A stretch of DNA of 62,652 nucleotides, the filler included, from Sphacelaria rigidula (lineage: Eukaryota), in NCBI GenBank assembly GCA_964200075.2. It is 10 parts of 10 records of this genome, joined end to end, with 100 filler letters (N's around TTAATTAATTAA, not from the genome) between each part and the next. Parts side by side here need not be neighbours in the genome. Positions count along the whole stretch, not along the records: positions 6,277 to 12,452 come from CAXNAA020021729.1; positions 12,553 to 18,728 come from CAXNAA020021730.1; positions 18,829 to 25,003 come from CAXNAA020021731.1; 7 more parts are not named here. The stretch is one strand, 5' to 3'. The translations under genes were made by a program, and so were the position numbers. Under the pieces are notes generated by a model. The model had not been told where the DNA came from, did not search any database, and saw nothing but the letters and a program-made list of their open reading frames with translations. Below are positions 11,332-24,418 of the stretch, piece by piece (position 1 is the first letter of the stretch; each line of letters begins with the position of its first letter).

Positions 11332-13894
11332 CTGTGTATACCCTCGACAAGAAAAAAGTGCGAAAATAGGGGTATCGAGAGAGGCAGGCGGCAGTGGGGG
11401 GGCAAACTAGAGGCGATAAGATCTTCGACGAGAACACTGAAAAATATATACAATTTGAATCGTAACATGAAAAAAAAGAAAAGGAAATTGAGACAGAACC
11501 TGAACCTCAATGTGAATGCTGACATTAAAAATATCCTTGCGATGATGTGATCGAGATATCAGTGGGTTGTCCAGAACTCTACACCTGAAGCGGTTGAAGC
11601 TCGAAGGCCCACTATACTTCGTCAGACCCAACACGGTTTCAGGCTTGTTGTATAGTACGAAGACAAGGAGCATCCGGTGACTACAATAACACCAGTCGAA
11701 AAATGATTGGAAAAGAAAAAAAAAAGCCCTCCCAACAAACATCAACATCGATTTTCCAAGTTTGACGACGGGTTCTTTCATACCGATAGTGCGGTGGATT
11801 CATCTATTTTACTCATTTGTCGCATTTCGAATCCCTCCCCCGACGAGTCTGTGGCCTCTAGGGATCAACCCATCTCTCCCCAGTACACGCCTTGCATTTT
11901 GGTCAAACGTGGGGTAAATGAAGGTGGTGGTGCTACATGAATAACTACAGAACAGTTCCAACACATTTTCCCTTATTTGGCGCTTTGTACGCCAGCTCCC
12001 TCCCAAAACCAGCCCGAAAGTGTCACAAAAAAAACATTCATACAGCGCCTGATGTTTGGGTTTAGGCTGTGCATAAAGCGCCTCATTTGGGCGACATTGG
12101 CGAGATGAACCCAAGCGTCGGAATTCCCAGCTGCTCGTTGTGCTTCGCTTTTCGCATTTCAATTCACGTGAAGATTTTGTCTCCTCAAATCAGGCACTTA
12201 TTGGGGAGGGGGCTATCGTAAAAAGTGTCATTTATTTAGGACATATGCTTCGAAAGATTGTTCCGAAGAAAAAAAACGTTCATATGGTTCGGTGCCAGCC
12301 AAGAGAGCCACGCGGGTGTGGCGCGCGCCCTGCTACGATTAGAAATTCGACCATGAACAAGAATAGGATATATTGTACCCCCCCCCCCCCCCCCCACCAC
12401 CACCAAAACCATCCACCCCCCCCTCCCACCCCCCGCCAGGCCGGCTCCCCACNNNNNNNNNNNNNNNNNNNNNNNNNNNNNNNNNNNNNNNNNNNNTTAA
12501 TTAATTAANNNNNNNNNNNNNNNNNNNNNNNNNNNNNNNNNNNNNNNNNNNNCGAAAGGGATGCGCGGTCAATGGTCAAATGACTAAGGCAAGCAACAAA
12601 TGAGTACGCCCCCCTGTACTACTACACTCCATATACCATTCCACAGGATCATAACATAATCTTGGACGCCCGATGTCGTCAGGATCACCCCTAGGAACAG
12701 CTCAAACAGCTCAAACAGCTCGAACATATCAACAGCGTAGTGCACTCGTGATGCGTGATTGATTGCTTGATTGATTGATTATCTCACATGAGCTGATTGC
12801 AACAATCTAGCCCTTGGTCAGGAGCAGCAAAAAAATAAGAGAATAATAAAAGAAGAAAGAAAGAAAGGAACAGAAAAAGACAGAAGCAACGGTCTCGAAA
12901 AGGAAACAAGAAAGGAAGCAGCGATAGCAACAAAAACAACAACAACACCAACAAAAACAAACAACAACAACAGCAATAACAACAAAATAACGACAAACAA
13001 ACACATTCACAAACAACACAAAAATATGATGATCTCGCATTACGTAGCTGATTGCAACACTCCAGCTCGTGATGAGAAAAAAAAAAAAGGCGAAAAATGA
13101 AATGAATAAAAAACGAAAGAATAGAACGTAAAGAAAGGAGTACACTCGTGATGCGTGCAATATTGTGTGGAAAGGATACGACAAGCACAAGCAAAGGTGC
13201 TGATTTTCGGGGGGTGCAATTTTTCCAAGTCGAAGACGCAGCAGTTGACACTTGCATCACCTTGGGAACAGAAGTCGTGCAACTTTGAAATGAAGAAAAA
13301 AGGGAAACATACACGAAATATGCATCGAACGCCTAGAAGATACTTGAGAAAGCTGGGGGAAAACTACAACGCACCCGTTGGGATAATGTACATCCATCCC
13401 ATTGTTCACACGAACGCGTGAGAGCGGAAGCATTCAAGACCCCGTACACACAAGAAGGGTAGTACCGACTGCTGCACACCCACGCGATTTCTGTCTGTAC
13501 AACGGTGACAACAAGGAATCATCTCCTCTCTGCAGGGGGACGTTTGAGTACCGAATGGAAAAGCTGCGTGTCACTCTCTACTTCGATACCGTGTATGCAG
13601 CGACAAGATTGGAGGCGAGTTATTATTTCCCAATTTGCCACGATCGGAGTGTTTCCGGTTTCGAACGACCCAGTAATAAGCGAGGGAAGCGCCAGGAAAA
13701 ATACACGGTTGTCAGGATGTCTCACGGCGTTGACGAGAGCAAATAACGTGAGCAATGCAAGCTTGCTCGCCTAGTCGGGGAGAGTCTGTAGGACGGTGTA
13801 ACCATGCCGACAGTGAATAAAATTATATAATCTTGTGCTGCCTCGTTCGATGGACTGCAGTCTGATACAACCTATAGTAGCCCTGTGTGCTCAC

Positions 13895-15332
13895 CCCCCG
13901 TCGTAAAGGCACTCCTCGTGATTCAGAGCGCTATCGCACCAGCCATCGCCAACCCACTTATAGTAGTTCTCGAACTGGCATCCCGCTCTCTGCATCATAG
14001 GTGTGTGTGTGCACGACCGTGACGCCAAGAAGAGAGGGGCGACAACATCAACACGATAAGACGATACGCCACGCAACAACAGAGAGGCACGAGTGTTCTT
14101 TTCTCAATCCAGTTTCTTCTACCGCTTGTGTCTTTTCGTCGATCTACACGGCGTTTGCTGCACTGTGCGGACAGCATGTTTCATCCGAACAAACGTACAC
14201 TAGTGACAGCAAAAATTGAAACACATCCACGTTGCCAGCAATGCATGGCTTGTGTCGTTCGCATTCGATGATAGAGGAAATCTAGGTCTACACGACAGTA
14301 TATCGAGAGTCTGCCGGCTTTCCCTCCAAAACTCTCACCTCTCCCATCCTTTGACCGGATAGATGCGCACACGCTTTTCAGATGCCCTTAGTTTTACGGG
14401 ATAGACTAAGACGTGCTGTAGAGTATCGGGACACAATATAACACTCTTGTTCGCTGCAGCTCGCTTATTGCTACCACCACTACTGTCACTATCTTACTGC
14501 TGTCGTTGCATCTCCGTACTCTCACATCAAGATCGAGGTGAATCTGGGGTATCGGCGTTGGGGCCGGTGTCGGCAACGGTGTCTTGCCGTAAAAGTAGTC
14601 GTCGCTGGTATTTTTCACGGTGACCGAGAGAACGTCCAGCTTGTTCCCAGAAATCACCAAAGAGTACGCCTGCAGACACACACGTTTCCGCCAATTTCGT
14701 AACCAGCCTCCTTTCCGACCGTGCAGGCGACGCAAGAGGCGAAATTGCAGGACGCCGTCTTTTCTTGGGACGTCGTCTTCGCTGCTACTAATAACGTAAA
14801 ACATGGCCCCCCTTTTTCACCTCCATGTGATATCAAACGCCTTGTGCTTTGGCTATGAACGACTGATGATCGCTACCAGTTGATAGTCCGGTGGCCTTCG
14901 AGACTCCCCGCGCGTATGCTCGCTATCCTGCTGCACCCACCTGGTGCTCGGAGTCGATGAGCTTGAAAGCCATGACCCTCACCAAGTATTTCTTGGGGGA
15001 GATGGCATCCTTGGCGACAGCGGGTACTACCACCCGCTCCACGTTGTTGAGCAGGTCGCAGCACTCAACCCGGCCGTTGGAGAAGATCGGTTGACCCTCC
15101 TCTGAAGAGCAGCAACCGAAGACGGGTGCCAGATTCACGGTGTGGGAGGCATCTAGCGCGTTATGAAACCTAAAATGGTTCTACGCCCTCACGAAAGCTC
15201 GCGTTGGCTCTGATAAAAGAAGGCACCCAACCAACGATGCTCCGCTACAGATGAGCTTAATGATTTTCTTCATATCTATATTGAGCACACATTGTTGGTA
15301 CTCAACGCTCGTGCATACCACACACACACACA

Positions 15333-15365
<33 letters not shown>

Positions 15366-17014
15366 GCGCGCGCGCGCGAGCAGTATCGCCTTGGAAGCAT
15401 TCCTATTGTTTATCTGGACTGGCGGGGCAACCATCAACCCCACTTCAGCAGACCTGCCGTGCACCACAATGGGAGGAACGGATGCACTGGAGGCGGCCTT
15501 TCCTCTCAGTGCACTTATCTCGGACATTGCAGAGTTCCAGCAGGATTGTCGGCTACCAAATACCATAATAGAACAGGATGGACAACACTCGAACGCTAAT
15601 ATTGAAATATGTCATGTTACACACCCAGCGTTATCTACGGGGGGTAGCGACTGTATTCGATTTATTTCCCATTTTCAACATTGCTCCTACGCAGCTAGTT
15701 CTGCGTTGCGTCCCTCTACACTCGTCACTCGCCTTCACCCTGGATGGGAAGGACTACTAGATCCAGATCATGCAGCAGCTGCCGCCCGGCAAAGTTGAGA
15801 ACTGGAGGGTCCATCCACACCAGAGTTGCCCTCATTTCCACGGTTGCATCGACCACCTGTGCATATTAGTCACACAACATCCCGAGAAAAAAAAGAGAAA
15901 CGTTTTAACTTGATTAGTTGCTTTCTGTAGGTGAATGGCGGGGATTCGTCAGGCTAGGTGTTGCTGTTTGTTCCCCTCAAGCAAGCGAGAGATCGACACA
16001 GCTTTTCAGTAACGGTGCTGGCAGGCAGGCAGGTTCGAGGCCAAGGCTCATCACGGGCGCAGGTCAGCGGTTCGCAGGAAGGTTCGTTTCCCCCTCCATC
16101 CAGTTGATGAAGCAACACCACTCTGATGAAGCAACACCATTCTGAGAAGAGCACTCAGTGAAAGCAACTGTCCGAATATGAATATCGCGGCATGACTGTG
16201 AGCTCTCACCCCCTCTGGACCAGCCTGTGCTCACCGTGATAACATAGTCAGTCGTCTTCCCTGATTTCACCATGGCCCTGTCGTTGAAGAACATAGTGAT
16301 GTCACCCTCGCCCTTGGTCGGCAAAACGTTTTGTAGCAGCACTCTACCCCAGCCCTTCACTCCGTCAGGAGCCGTCGACCCGCCCATAGCATCCGCCCCA
16401 TGCACCAATACTGCCTAGCGATGTGTTCGCGTTTTTGCATGTTTGGCTTCAAATTGTCTCTTTTGTTGCGTAGACGTCTACTTCATGTGCGAACTACGAT
16501 CGTAACGACTTGCTTCATTGGTGTGGTTAGCACCGTGATACAATACACACATGGGCATACACGGCGGTGTGCAACAGTGTTGGCGGTGATGCCGTAGTAC
16601 GGTTGGCATCGCAACATGTTCGGGAGTACAAAGACACCGCGCCGCATGTAAAGATAAAGCGGTCCACAGCTCTGTCTACTGTAGTATCGCCATTACAACA
16701 TGACACAACGGCAGGCCGTGGCGTAAAAACGGCATACTATACGCGCTTCACCACTCCCGACTCTCTCCACATATGCAAGTTACGCCGGACAAAAGTGTCC
16801 CGTTGGTCAATGCGCACGTGATTATCTACCCTTTTCGCGCGCGGAGCACGGCGGGACAATTCGTGAGAGTAGACTGCAACGGGCGTGAAGAACATGATGG
16901 TGGAGAAACTACCTTGAGCAGAGCCCCACTTGGCATGATGTTTCCCGTGGGGCTGCAGTTGAACAAGCTACCGGTAGTGCACATGCCCCTAGCCTTCACA
17001 TCCTCAACGTACCA
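13895..17014 (-). CDS. Subtilisin-like S8 protease of KP-43/TagC type (C-terminal part) followed by a Pro/Thr linker and an LNR (Lin-12/Notch) repeat; exons 16913-17014, 16235-16414, 15739-15856, 14941-15101, 14526-14669, 13895-13989
   Basis: Six exons splice in frame: PSGALLK-AVLVHGA...GWGRVLL, ATLVWMDPP...LLHDLDLVV, DLLNNVERV...YLVRV, Q-AYSLVISG (typical of the KP-43 end and its beta-barrel). These are followed by PLPTPAPTP and C...WVGDGWCDSALNHEECLYDGG (LNR consensus GDG.CD...N...C.YDGGDC). Confidence 0.85.
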
Positions 17015-17067
17015 CTGCCATGCGGATTGCAAGCACACGAATGGAGAACAGCGACAGAAACACCTTT

Positions 17068-17320
17068 GGAGTCATCCTACGATAGGGGGGGGGGGTATTT
17101 GGTTGCACGAAAAAAGAGGCTCATCATTGTGTCAGACATCCTTCCACACTTGTGTTGCGCTTGTATTTGGTTCCAAACGGTGTCAGGGGGTATGGATGAG
17201 CGTTATTGATCCACAACAAGCTTGTTCGAACAATCGTTGCTGCTTTCAACGACGATCTGACTCGAAATTTCGAGCAACAAATGGCCCAAAATACCCCCCC
17301 CCATATCGTAGGATGACTCA
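17068..17320. mobile_element. ~250-bp MITE with GAGTCATCCTACGATA(G)n TIRs; partial copies at 1-65 and 25104-25177
   Basis: GAGTCATCCTACGATAGGGGGGG... and ...CCCCCCATATCGTAGGATGACTC are inverted ends. No clear TSD. Confidence 0.8.
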
Positions 17321-17337
17321 CAATTCATTTATCCCAC

Positions 17338-18728
17338 CATAACACAGTCCGGATAAAGACATGAAATACATGAACTAACGCTCGTTTATACTTATCCTAC
17401 TCTAACACAGCCCGGAGATAGACATGAAATAGAGCAGCTAACCGTCCTTTTTATTGAACCTACTCTAACACAGCCCGGACATAAACATGAAATAGAGAGG
17501 CTAACCCTCCTTTTACTAAACCTACTCTGAAACAGCACGGAAATAGACATGACATAGAGCAGCTAACCCTCCGTTTGATTTAGCCTACTCTAACACAGCA
17601 CGGATGAAGACATGGAATAGAGCAGCTAATCCTCCGTTTTATTTAACCTACTATAACACAGCCCGGACATAAACATGAAATAGAGCAGCTAACCCTCCGC
17701 TTTATTAACCTACTATAACACAGCCCGGACATAAGCATGAAATAGAGCAGCTAACTCTCCTTTTTATTTGACCTACTCTAACACAGCCCGGATATAGATA
17801 TGAAATAGAGCAGCTAACCCTCCGTTTTATTTAACCTACTATAACACAGCCCGGACATAAACATGAAATAGAGCAGCTAACCCTCCTTTTTATTTAACCT
17901 ACTCTAACACAGCCCGGACATCGACATAAAATAGAGCAGCTAGCCCTCCGTTTTATTTTACCCTGCTATAACACAGCCCGGATACAAACATGAAATAGAG
18001 CAGCTAACGCTCCTTTTCATTTAACCTACTATAACACAGCCCGGACATAAACATGAAATAGAGAAGCTAACCCTCTTTTTCTTTAACCTACTATAACACA
18101 GCCCGGATATAGATATGAAATAGAGCAGCTAACCCTCCGTTTTATTTAACCTACTCTAACACAGCCCGGATATAGATATGAAATAGAGCAGCTAGCCCTC
18201 CGTTGAATTTAACCTACTACTATAACACAGCCAGGACATAAACATGAAATAGAGCAGCTAACCCTCCTTTTTATTCAACCTACTATAACACAGCCCGGAC
18301 ATCGACATGAAATAGAGCAGCTAACCCTCTCTTCTTTTTAACCTACTCTAACACAGCCCGGATATCGACATAATAAAACGGAGCGGCTGACCCTCCGTTT
18401 TATTTTTACCTGCTATAACACAGCCCGGATACAAACATGAAATAGAGAAGCTAACGCTCCTTTTTATTTTACCCTACTATAACACAGCCCGGACATAGAC
18501 ATGGAATAGAGCAGCTGACCCCCCTTTTTATTTAACCTGCTCTAACACAGCCCGTACATAGACATGAAATAGAGAAGCTAACCCCCCTTTTTATTTAACC
18601 GACCATAACACAGCCCGGGTATAGGCATGAAAAGGAGAAGCTAGCCCTCCATTTTATTTAACCTACTATAACACAGCCCGGCAATAGACATGAAATAGAG
18701 CAGCTAACCCTCCTTTTTATTCAACCTA
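17338..18728. repeat. 63-bp tandem satellite, about 22 copies, running off the contig end
   Basis: Unit AACACAGCCCGGACATAAACATGAAATAGAGCAGCTAACCCTCCGTTTTATTTAACCTACTAT repeated head to tail with substitutions. Confidence 0.97.
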
Positions 18729-19030
18729 NNNNNNNNNNNNNNNNNNNNNNNNNNNNNNNNNNNNNNNNNNNNTTAATTAATTAANNNNNNNNNNNNNNNN
18801 NNNNNNNNNNNNNNNNNNNNNNNNNNNNGGTATGTATAACACGGGTGCCGCCAACACCCGCTCTCCACAATTGAGAGCAGGGCGATGGTAGTGTAGCGGA
18901 GAGTGAAGGAACGAAACGTGCATTGCGAGCTTAAGAAAACACAAAACAAGCAAAAAACGCAATGTGAATCACGGGAAAAGGCGTCCACACGGAATAAGAT
19001 CGTACCATCACCATGTCTGCCGTCTCTCAC

Positions 19031-21077
19031 CCGCAATCTTTCGCGCCAGCAGCCAGCGCAACGGCGGAAAACCTGCAAGAACAGTCGTGGAGCGTGATAC
19101 AAGAAAAATACAGAGGGTTGGTCGGTGTTATGCTTAAAAATCAGACCTGAGGACAAGTGTTGCGGCACAGCACCGGACTACATTTATAGTCTTCATCCAG
19201 GCGTGGAAAAACAAAGACATGGTTCGAACGGCGTACGAAGAACTAGGGACGAAGATTTGTCACGAGCAGGGTCTTACGCCAGCCACCGAGTCCCTAATAT
19301 CCATCACTGCCCGCCAAGGTTCGCAAAGAACGTGTCCATCAAGACTTGCATATTCTCGACCAAGCACTACTAGCAAGGGCGCATGTCCTATTTACGTGTG
19401 GGGTGCCCGTCTCGTCAAACGTATGCCCCGCTCTCGTCTTCTAGATTGCTACCCAGCTACGAGAAAAGTGCCTTGGTCGCATGTTTCAGTGATCGATGCG
19501 CGGTGTGCTCACGCAACATGAACGCCATACCATGAGACCGGCCGGGTCATGATCAAACCCTTGTCGTTGCTACTATTTCGCAGAACCTCTAACAGTGCAT
19601 TAACAACCCCTGGAGCACTTCAAGTGAGGATTCGCTGGTCTATTTCAGTCCATGTATGCGCGCCAACTGTATCGCTACTGCGCACAAGCTCGCTTTCTAA
19701 ATAAGCGAACGCTCCCGCGGTGGAGTAGAAATGACCCCCTGAATGCCTCGCGGTAACAGTCAGAGCGGTACTTCATCTTTTGACAGTTGCTTTGTTGGAG
19801 ATGGGGACAACATCATTTCTCCTTAGGTAACAATTATCGGTCAACCAGGGTCACGGTCGATTTCAAAGTGGTGGTCGAATAGGTCAAATAGCTAACCGTA
19901 CGTCATAGGGTATAACAACCTGTGTTCACAACATTTTCGGCTTAGATTTGTCAAAAATCGCGGCGGCCACGCGCTTGGCTTTGTCGCTTCTGAAATACAT
20001 CATCGAGAGACTTTTCCGCAAAAACTCGACAAACCCGCGACAATAATAGGCGCAAGTTTCGTCGTCCGGAAGATCTCGTCGAGTACGACGTTCCGTCAAA
20101 AGTACTTTTGGCAATGTAAAGGGTTGTTTCTTGACGATTTGGAGTTGGATGATCACATCAATAGCAGCCGCGCCCTGATGACATCTAAAGTAAGTCAGGG
20201 TGGGGGGTTGACAGTTCAAGTCTCAACAGATGCAATGTTTTAGAGCAAAATCCGGCGTTCGCCGTTGAATGCGTCACGACGCGAGAAGCAAAAGGACAAA
20301 TCAACGACAGGTGATGGGTTGCGGGAGTAGTCGTTATATAATCCTCGGCAACAAAATGTAAGGCAGGTACCGGGGTAGATATGGGCTTACTCCTTGAGGC
20401 TACGGTCTTGTCCCGAGGAGGGGGGGGTCACTTATTCACTGCACCGTGTATCGACACTTCTACACACACATAGGTTAGTTTCTCGCACAAGTCATACTCT
20501 ACCGTGACCTCACCAACCCCTCTCATACGAGAAAGCAATACGCATCATGACCCTGATTCGTTCCATCACTCTCGGACCTAACCCTTGCTCTTTTAGTGGG
20601 GGGGAGGGAGGAGGGAAGTATGACGGGAAAATAAAAATCCGGTTGCGGGAAATTCTTCAGGCGGAAATCTCACAACCCCTGAAGCACCCACCCGTGCTCA
20701 TGGACGTGTTCCAAGGCAGCATCGAGAATCGCCACCCTGGGGTCGTCGAAATCATCCTCCTCATCTTTATCCTTATCCTCGGATGTTCGGCTACTGTCTT
20801 CAGCAGTCTCGCCGTCTGTTCCTACCGCACCGGGAGCATTGAACGCTGCCGATGTGGAGAGGACGCCTGCCAAGCCAAAGCGGCATTTTTTCGCACGGGA
20901 TAAACGACCGGGTGTCTGGTACATCGAAGGCTCCGTTTTGTTGCGGGAACCCTTGTCGTTAATTGTGGTGGAGCCAAATAGGGCTTGCGAAGCATCCGAT
21001 ATGTCTGTTCCACGATCGCACCCTCGTACAGTACTGCTCTGCATAGTTTCCGCCCTTTTACTGGCCAACTTATTCAT
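19031..21077 (-). CDS. COQ9: Ubiquinone biosynthesis protein COQ9, N-terminal part; exons 20692-~21077 and 19031-19072
   Basis: An acidic linker is followed by DPRVAILDAALEHVHEHG, which splices (GG|G) to FSAVALAAGAKDCG. This matches COQ9 IL.AAL..V..HGW...A...GA...G. The start codon is not certain. Confidence 0.8.
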
Positions 21078-22540
21078 GATTTTGCTGCCTCCTGTAGCCT
21101 CCCCGTCCCCATCGTTTTGACGGTGGAAGGACCAACTTCTGGACTGTATGGCACAGAAGAAATCGGTGGAATTCGGTGCAGAAAGGGCACAGCATGGTAC
21201 TGCGTTTACTGAGTGCCGAAGTGCTGGATTCAGGGTGATGCATTGGAGCCAAAATCTGACGCGAACAGTGCAGAACTATGATGAAGCCATGCAGCCACAG
21301 ATCCAACTCGTATCACAAGAGGGTCGTTGCTTTGCAAACTCAGCTGGTCCTCTTTCAAATGCACGACCCGAAGACGTCCCTCTCGCAACATCCGCACAAG
21401 GAACCTGATTTACACTCAAGTATAAACTGCTGTACCCATCGCCTTCCAGAAGAAAATACTGGCTAATCCAGTGCAGTGCAGTATAGCTGATGTGGCAATT
21501 TCGCTGTGGAGTATCCAACTTCAGTACTCGTACAGCATACCGGGTTTGCCAAGTGACGGCAATGCACAACCATGGCACACTAAGGCCGTTTCTGCTACAC
21601 ATAGCCATGCGTATAGAGCAAGAGGCACAGGATCATTGTTTTACAGTTTTTCACATTTGTTTTATCAAGCGGTGAACAGCAAGCTCTTGGCGTTCTCCCA
21701 CTTACCACTACTACTTGTATCATACGATCATAGTTCACTGACAACACGTCAATCAAATGAGGGGTGGTATTCACCGTCAGTAGGCGCTGTGTACTACTGT
21801 ACTACCGTTGTACAGTGTGTTCACGGTCGCCCACTACCATTATAGCACGCCAGCAGAGCCGACGACGACTCATGCAGCAGGTACAGATACCGAGTAAATC
21901 AGCATATCAGGAGCTATATTGTGGTGCACTCACGCCTGGGCTGTGTTCGCACGATTCCAGGGAGCCCGTTTGTTCCACGCACTCGACCAAATGGCGGCGA
22001 GATAGAGCCGGTGCCGTTGCAGGTTGATTCGTGCAATTGTTTATAGATTACTGGTATCGCTGACCGGACACTCCTTCCCCGCGCTCCCGCCGACACTGTT
22101 CTACAACATGATCGCATGAGCGCTACTTGCCGACTTGAAGCTCTCGACGATACTAGGAACGGAGCCATCGGGTATACTTTGTGACGGTACAATGTTATAT
22201 TCTTCAACGCTGCGGTACTACCTCGTAGTACTGCGGGTCTGAGATCTTTGATATACTCGAGTGAGTTTTTGCTGTCGCTTCAGTCGCTTCGCCCCCTCTT
22301 CATCACAACCTCGCAACAACTACACTGGACACACTCAACACATCGCTTTGAAGTCCCAAACAACTTATTTCCGGAAGAAGAAGCTGAAATAGCAAGCACA
22401 GACAACTATCCCGACATCCACACTCACAAGTCGGCGTGGTTGTGTTTTCGCGGCTCTCTTTTCCCTCAAATTACAGTATCGCCTTTTTTTTTTTGCAGTC
22501 CTGGTGTAGGAAGGAGCACGAAACATTGGACAGTAGATCG

Positions 22541-22714
22541 ATGAGTCAAAAACGCAGGAATCCATGGCTGGGCGACCCAGATGATATAGATGAGTCCGCT
22601 AGATGGTGGCTTCCAAATGTTGTGTACAATAATGCGTGCACCAGGCCGGCGAAAGCTGCTAGGTGCACATATGGGAGCACCACGGATGATGCAGGATTGG
22701 CCACTGCCCGTGAG
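22541..22714 (+). CDS. Possible first exon of an uncharacterised gene divergent from COQ9
   Basis: ATG-started 58-codon frame (MSQKRRNPWLGDPDDIDESARWWLPNVVYNN...ARE) ending at a good donor GAG|GTGCG. No family recognised. Confidence 0.3.
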
Positions 22715-23409
22715 GTGCGACGTGGAAATACAGGGTAAAATACAGAGTGGATCAAAGTATGATGGAACGCGAACGTTTTCTATTTCCAGTACTGTACGAC
22801 ATTACAGACGGTACCATATCTGTGTGGGCAATACTCGTCGCAAATTTTAATCTGTGCAGAGACCGTGCACGGAGACGGCGAGGTTTGGAGAATCGAAGTT
22901 CGTTTTTACATAACCCGGCTTTGTGTGCATCTGCCGAAATGGTATGAAAAGCTGTGAGTCCCATCCCGTTTGATGTCCATGCTGGATTTGAGGATTCCTG
23001 TTTGATTTTTCAGGAAAATTGTTGGATCAGAGGACGACTCTCTTGTCTGTGGTCTCCGCCCTTTTTGTATCGGATTTTACTAACTGTAGGGCACAGACAA
23101 TCTATCTACCCCATCAGTAAGATAATATACACTGTTTGTGCGCAGTTTAGTACGTGGGTGTGATATTCGAGCATTTCGAAGCACAAGGGTGTGTACTCTA
23201 GTGTGACGCCTGGCTTTTGTTTCGACGACGTTCACTACACCAATATCGAGGCGGGGTGAAATCAACGAGCGCTGATAAGCACTTCATGTAGAGTACACAA
23301 AGCTCTAGCGATTGCCTCTGTAGACCCGCGTTCGAAGAACCTCGGCTTGATTCTACCACCACAGCGAATTCATGTGTTTCACGTACGAGTATATTATTTT
23401 CTTCCCGCC

Positions 23410-23632
23410 TGTAATGCGTGAGAGGACCGCGTGCTTAGAGGACCGCGCCGTAGTTCAAAATACCTCACGATCGACGTTTTTCAAAACCAATCGGGTCAGT
23501 CCCTGCAGGTACCACGCCCCTAACCCCAACACTAACCCTAACCCTAACCCTAACCCTAACCCTAACCCTAACCATTGAGGTGTTCAAATTCCGATGCGGT
23601 CCCCGAAGCACGCGGTCCTCTCACGCGTTACA
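23410..23632. mobile_element. 223-bp MITE with TG...CA ends, 5-bp TSD and internal (CCCTAA)n
   Basis: CCGCC|TGTAATGCGTGAGAGGACCGCGTGCTT...AAGCACGCGGTCCTCTCACGCGTTACA|CCGCC. A second terminus lies at 53280-53335. Confidence 0.88.
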
Positions 23633-24374
23633 CCGCCGTCCGAAAAACCCACAAAAGCAGAAAACAAGAAAAATACCTTTTGTGATTTGGTGCTTTGTTG
23701 TGACTGCGACGGCTGTATTTATACAAAAGAGCATCAGATCACCAATGTGCATGTGTGTTGTCACCGCATCTATTCTGGACGACAGTCGACACCTTTCGGT
23801 ATCTGTTGACAATGTGCAAGGATCAATCCCTCGATCAATCGTGTACTGTAGTCATATTTCGGCGTGATCCTTGGAAACGCGATAGCATACGCGAGGCTGA
23901 CGATGCACGAGAAGATCGCGCGCGAACTATTGCGGCTGTCACCTACCTCAGCCTAGAAAGATCGTGTGGTCACAGTCAGTCTGTAGCCTTCCAATATCCT
24001 TACTCGATGATGCTAGTTTGTACTGGTCGTTTTCAACCAGTCCCGGTACATTTCTCAAGCAACGTTGACCATGTCCCGTGGAATGCAATGTACCTTGCAT
24101 TGCGAAGGGCGAAGGTCAGCCATGTGGCACGCCAAGGTATGTTATCTGGCTGTGGGTCGCAACCGTTGCACCATCATTGTTCTCGTGAACATGATCCCGA
24201 CTCAACGGGTGAACGATCCTGGCGGTCGAAGGGTTACGCGGTCCGCAAAAGTAGTAAGATATTCCTACAGACGGAGTAACGGTTACATTATACATTGGGG
24301 ATCAGTTCATGTGCGACAACCCATCGATCAATCAAATCACCCACAGTGACTCAACCTCCACTGCCGTAGGTAGC

Positions 24375-24418
<44 letters not shown>

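Noticed and set aside
16100..16170. Hammerhead ribozyme (CTGATGA...GAAA)
   Set aside because: Stem II does not close directly on the core. The motif comes from a short tandem duplication of TGATGAAGCAACACCA.
17338..18728. CRISPR array or repeat-protein gene
   Set aside because: The whole unit repeats with no unique spacers, the frames contain frequent stops, and there are no cas genes.
23518..23575. Chromosome end
   Set aside because: The CCCTAA run is short and lies inside a MITE with a TSD.
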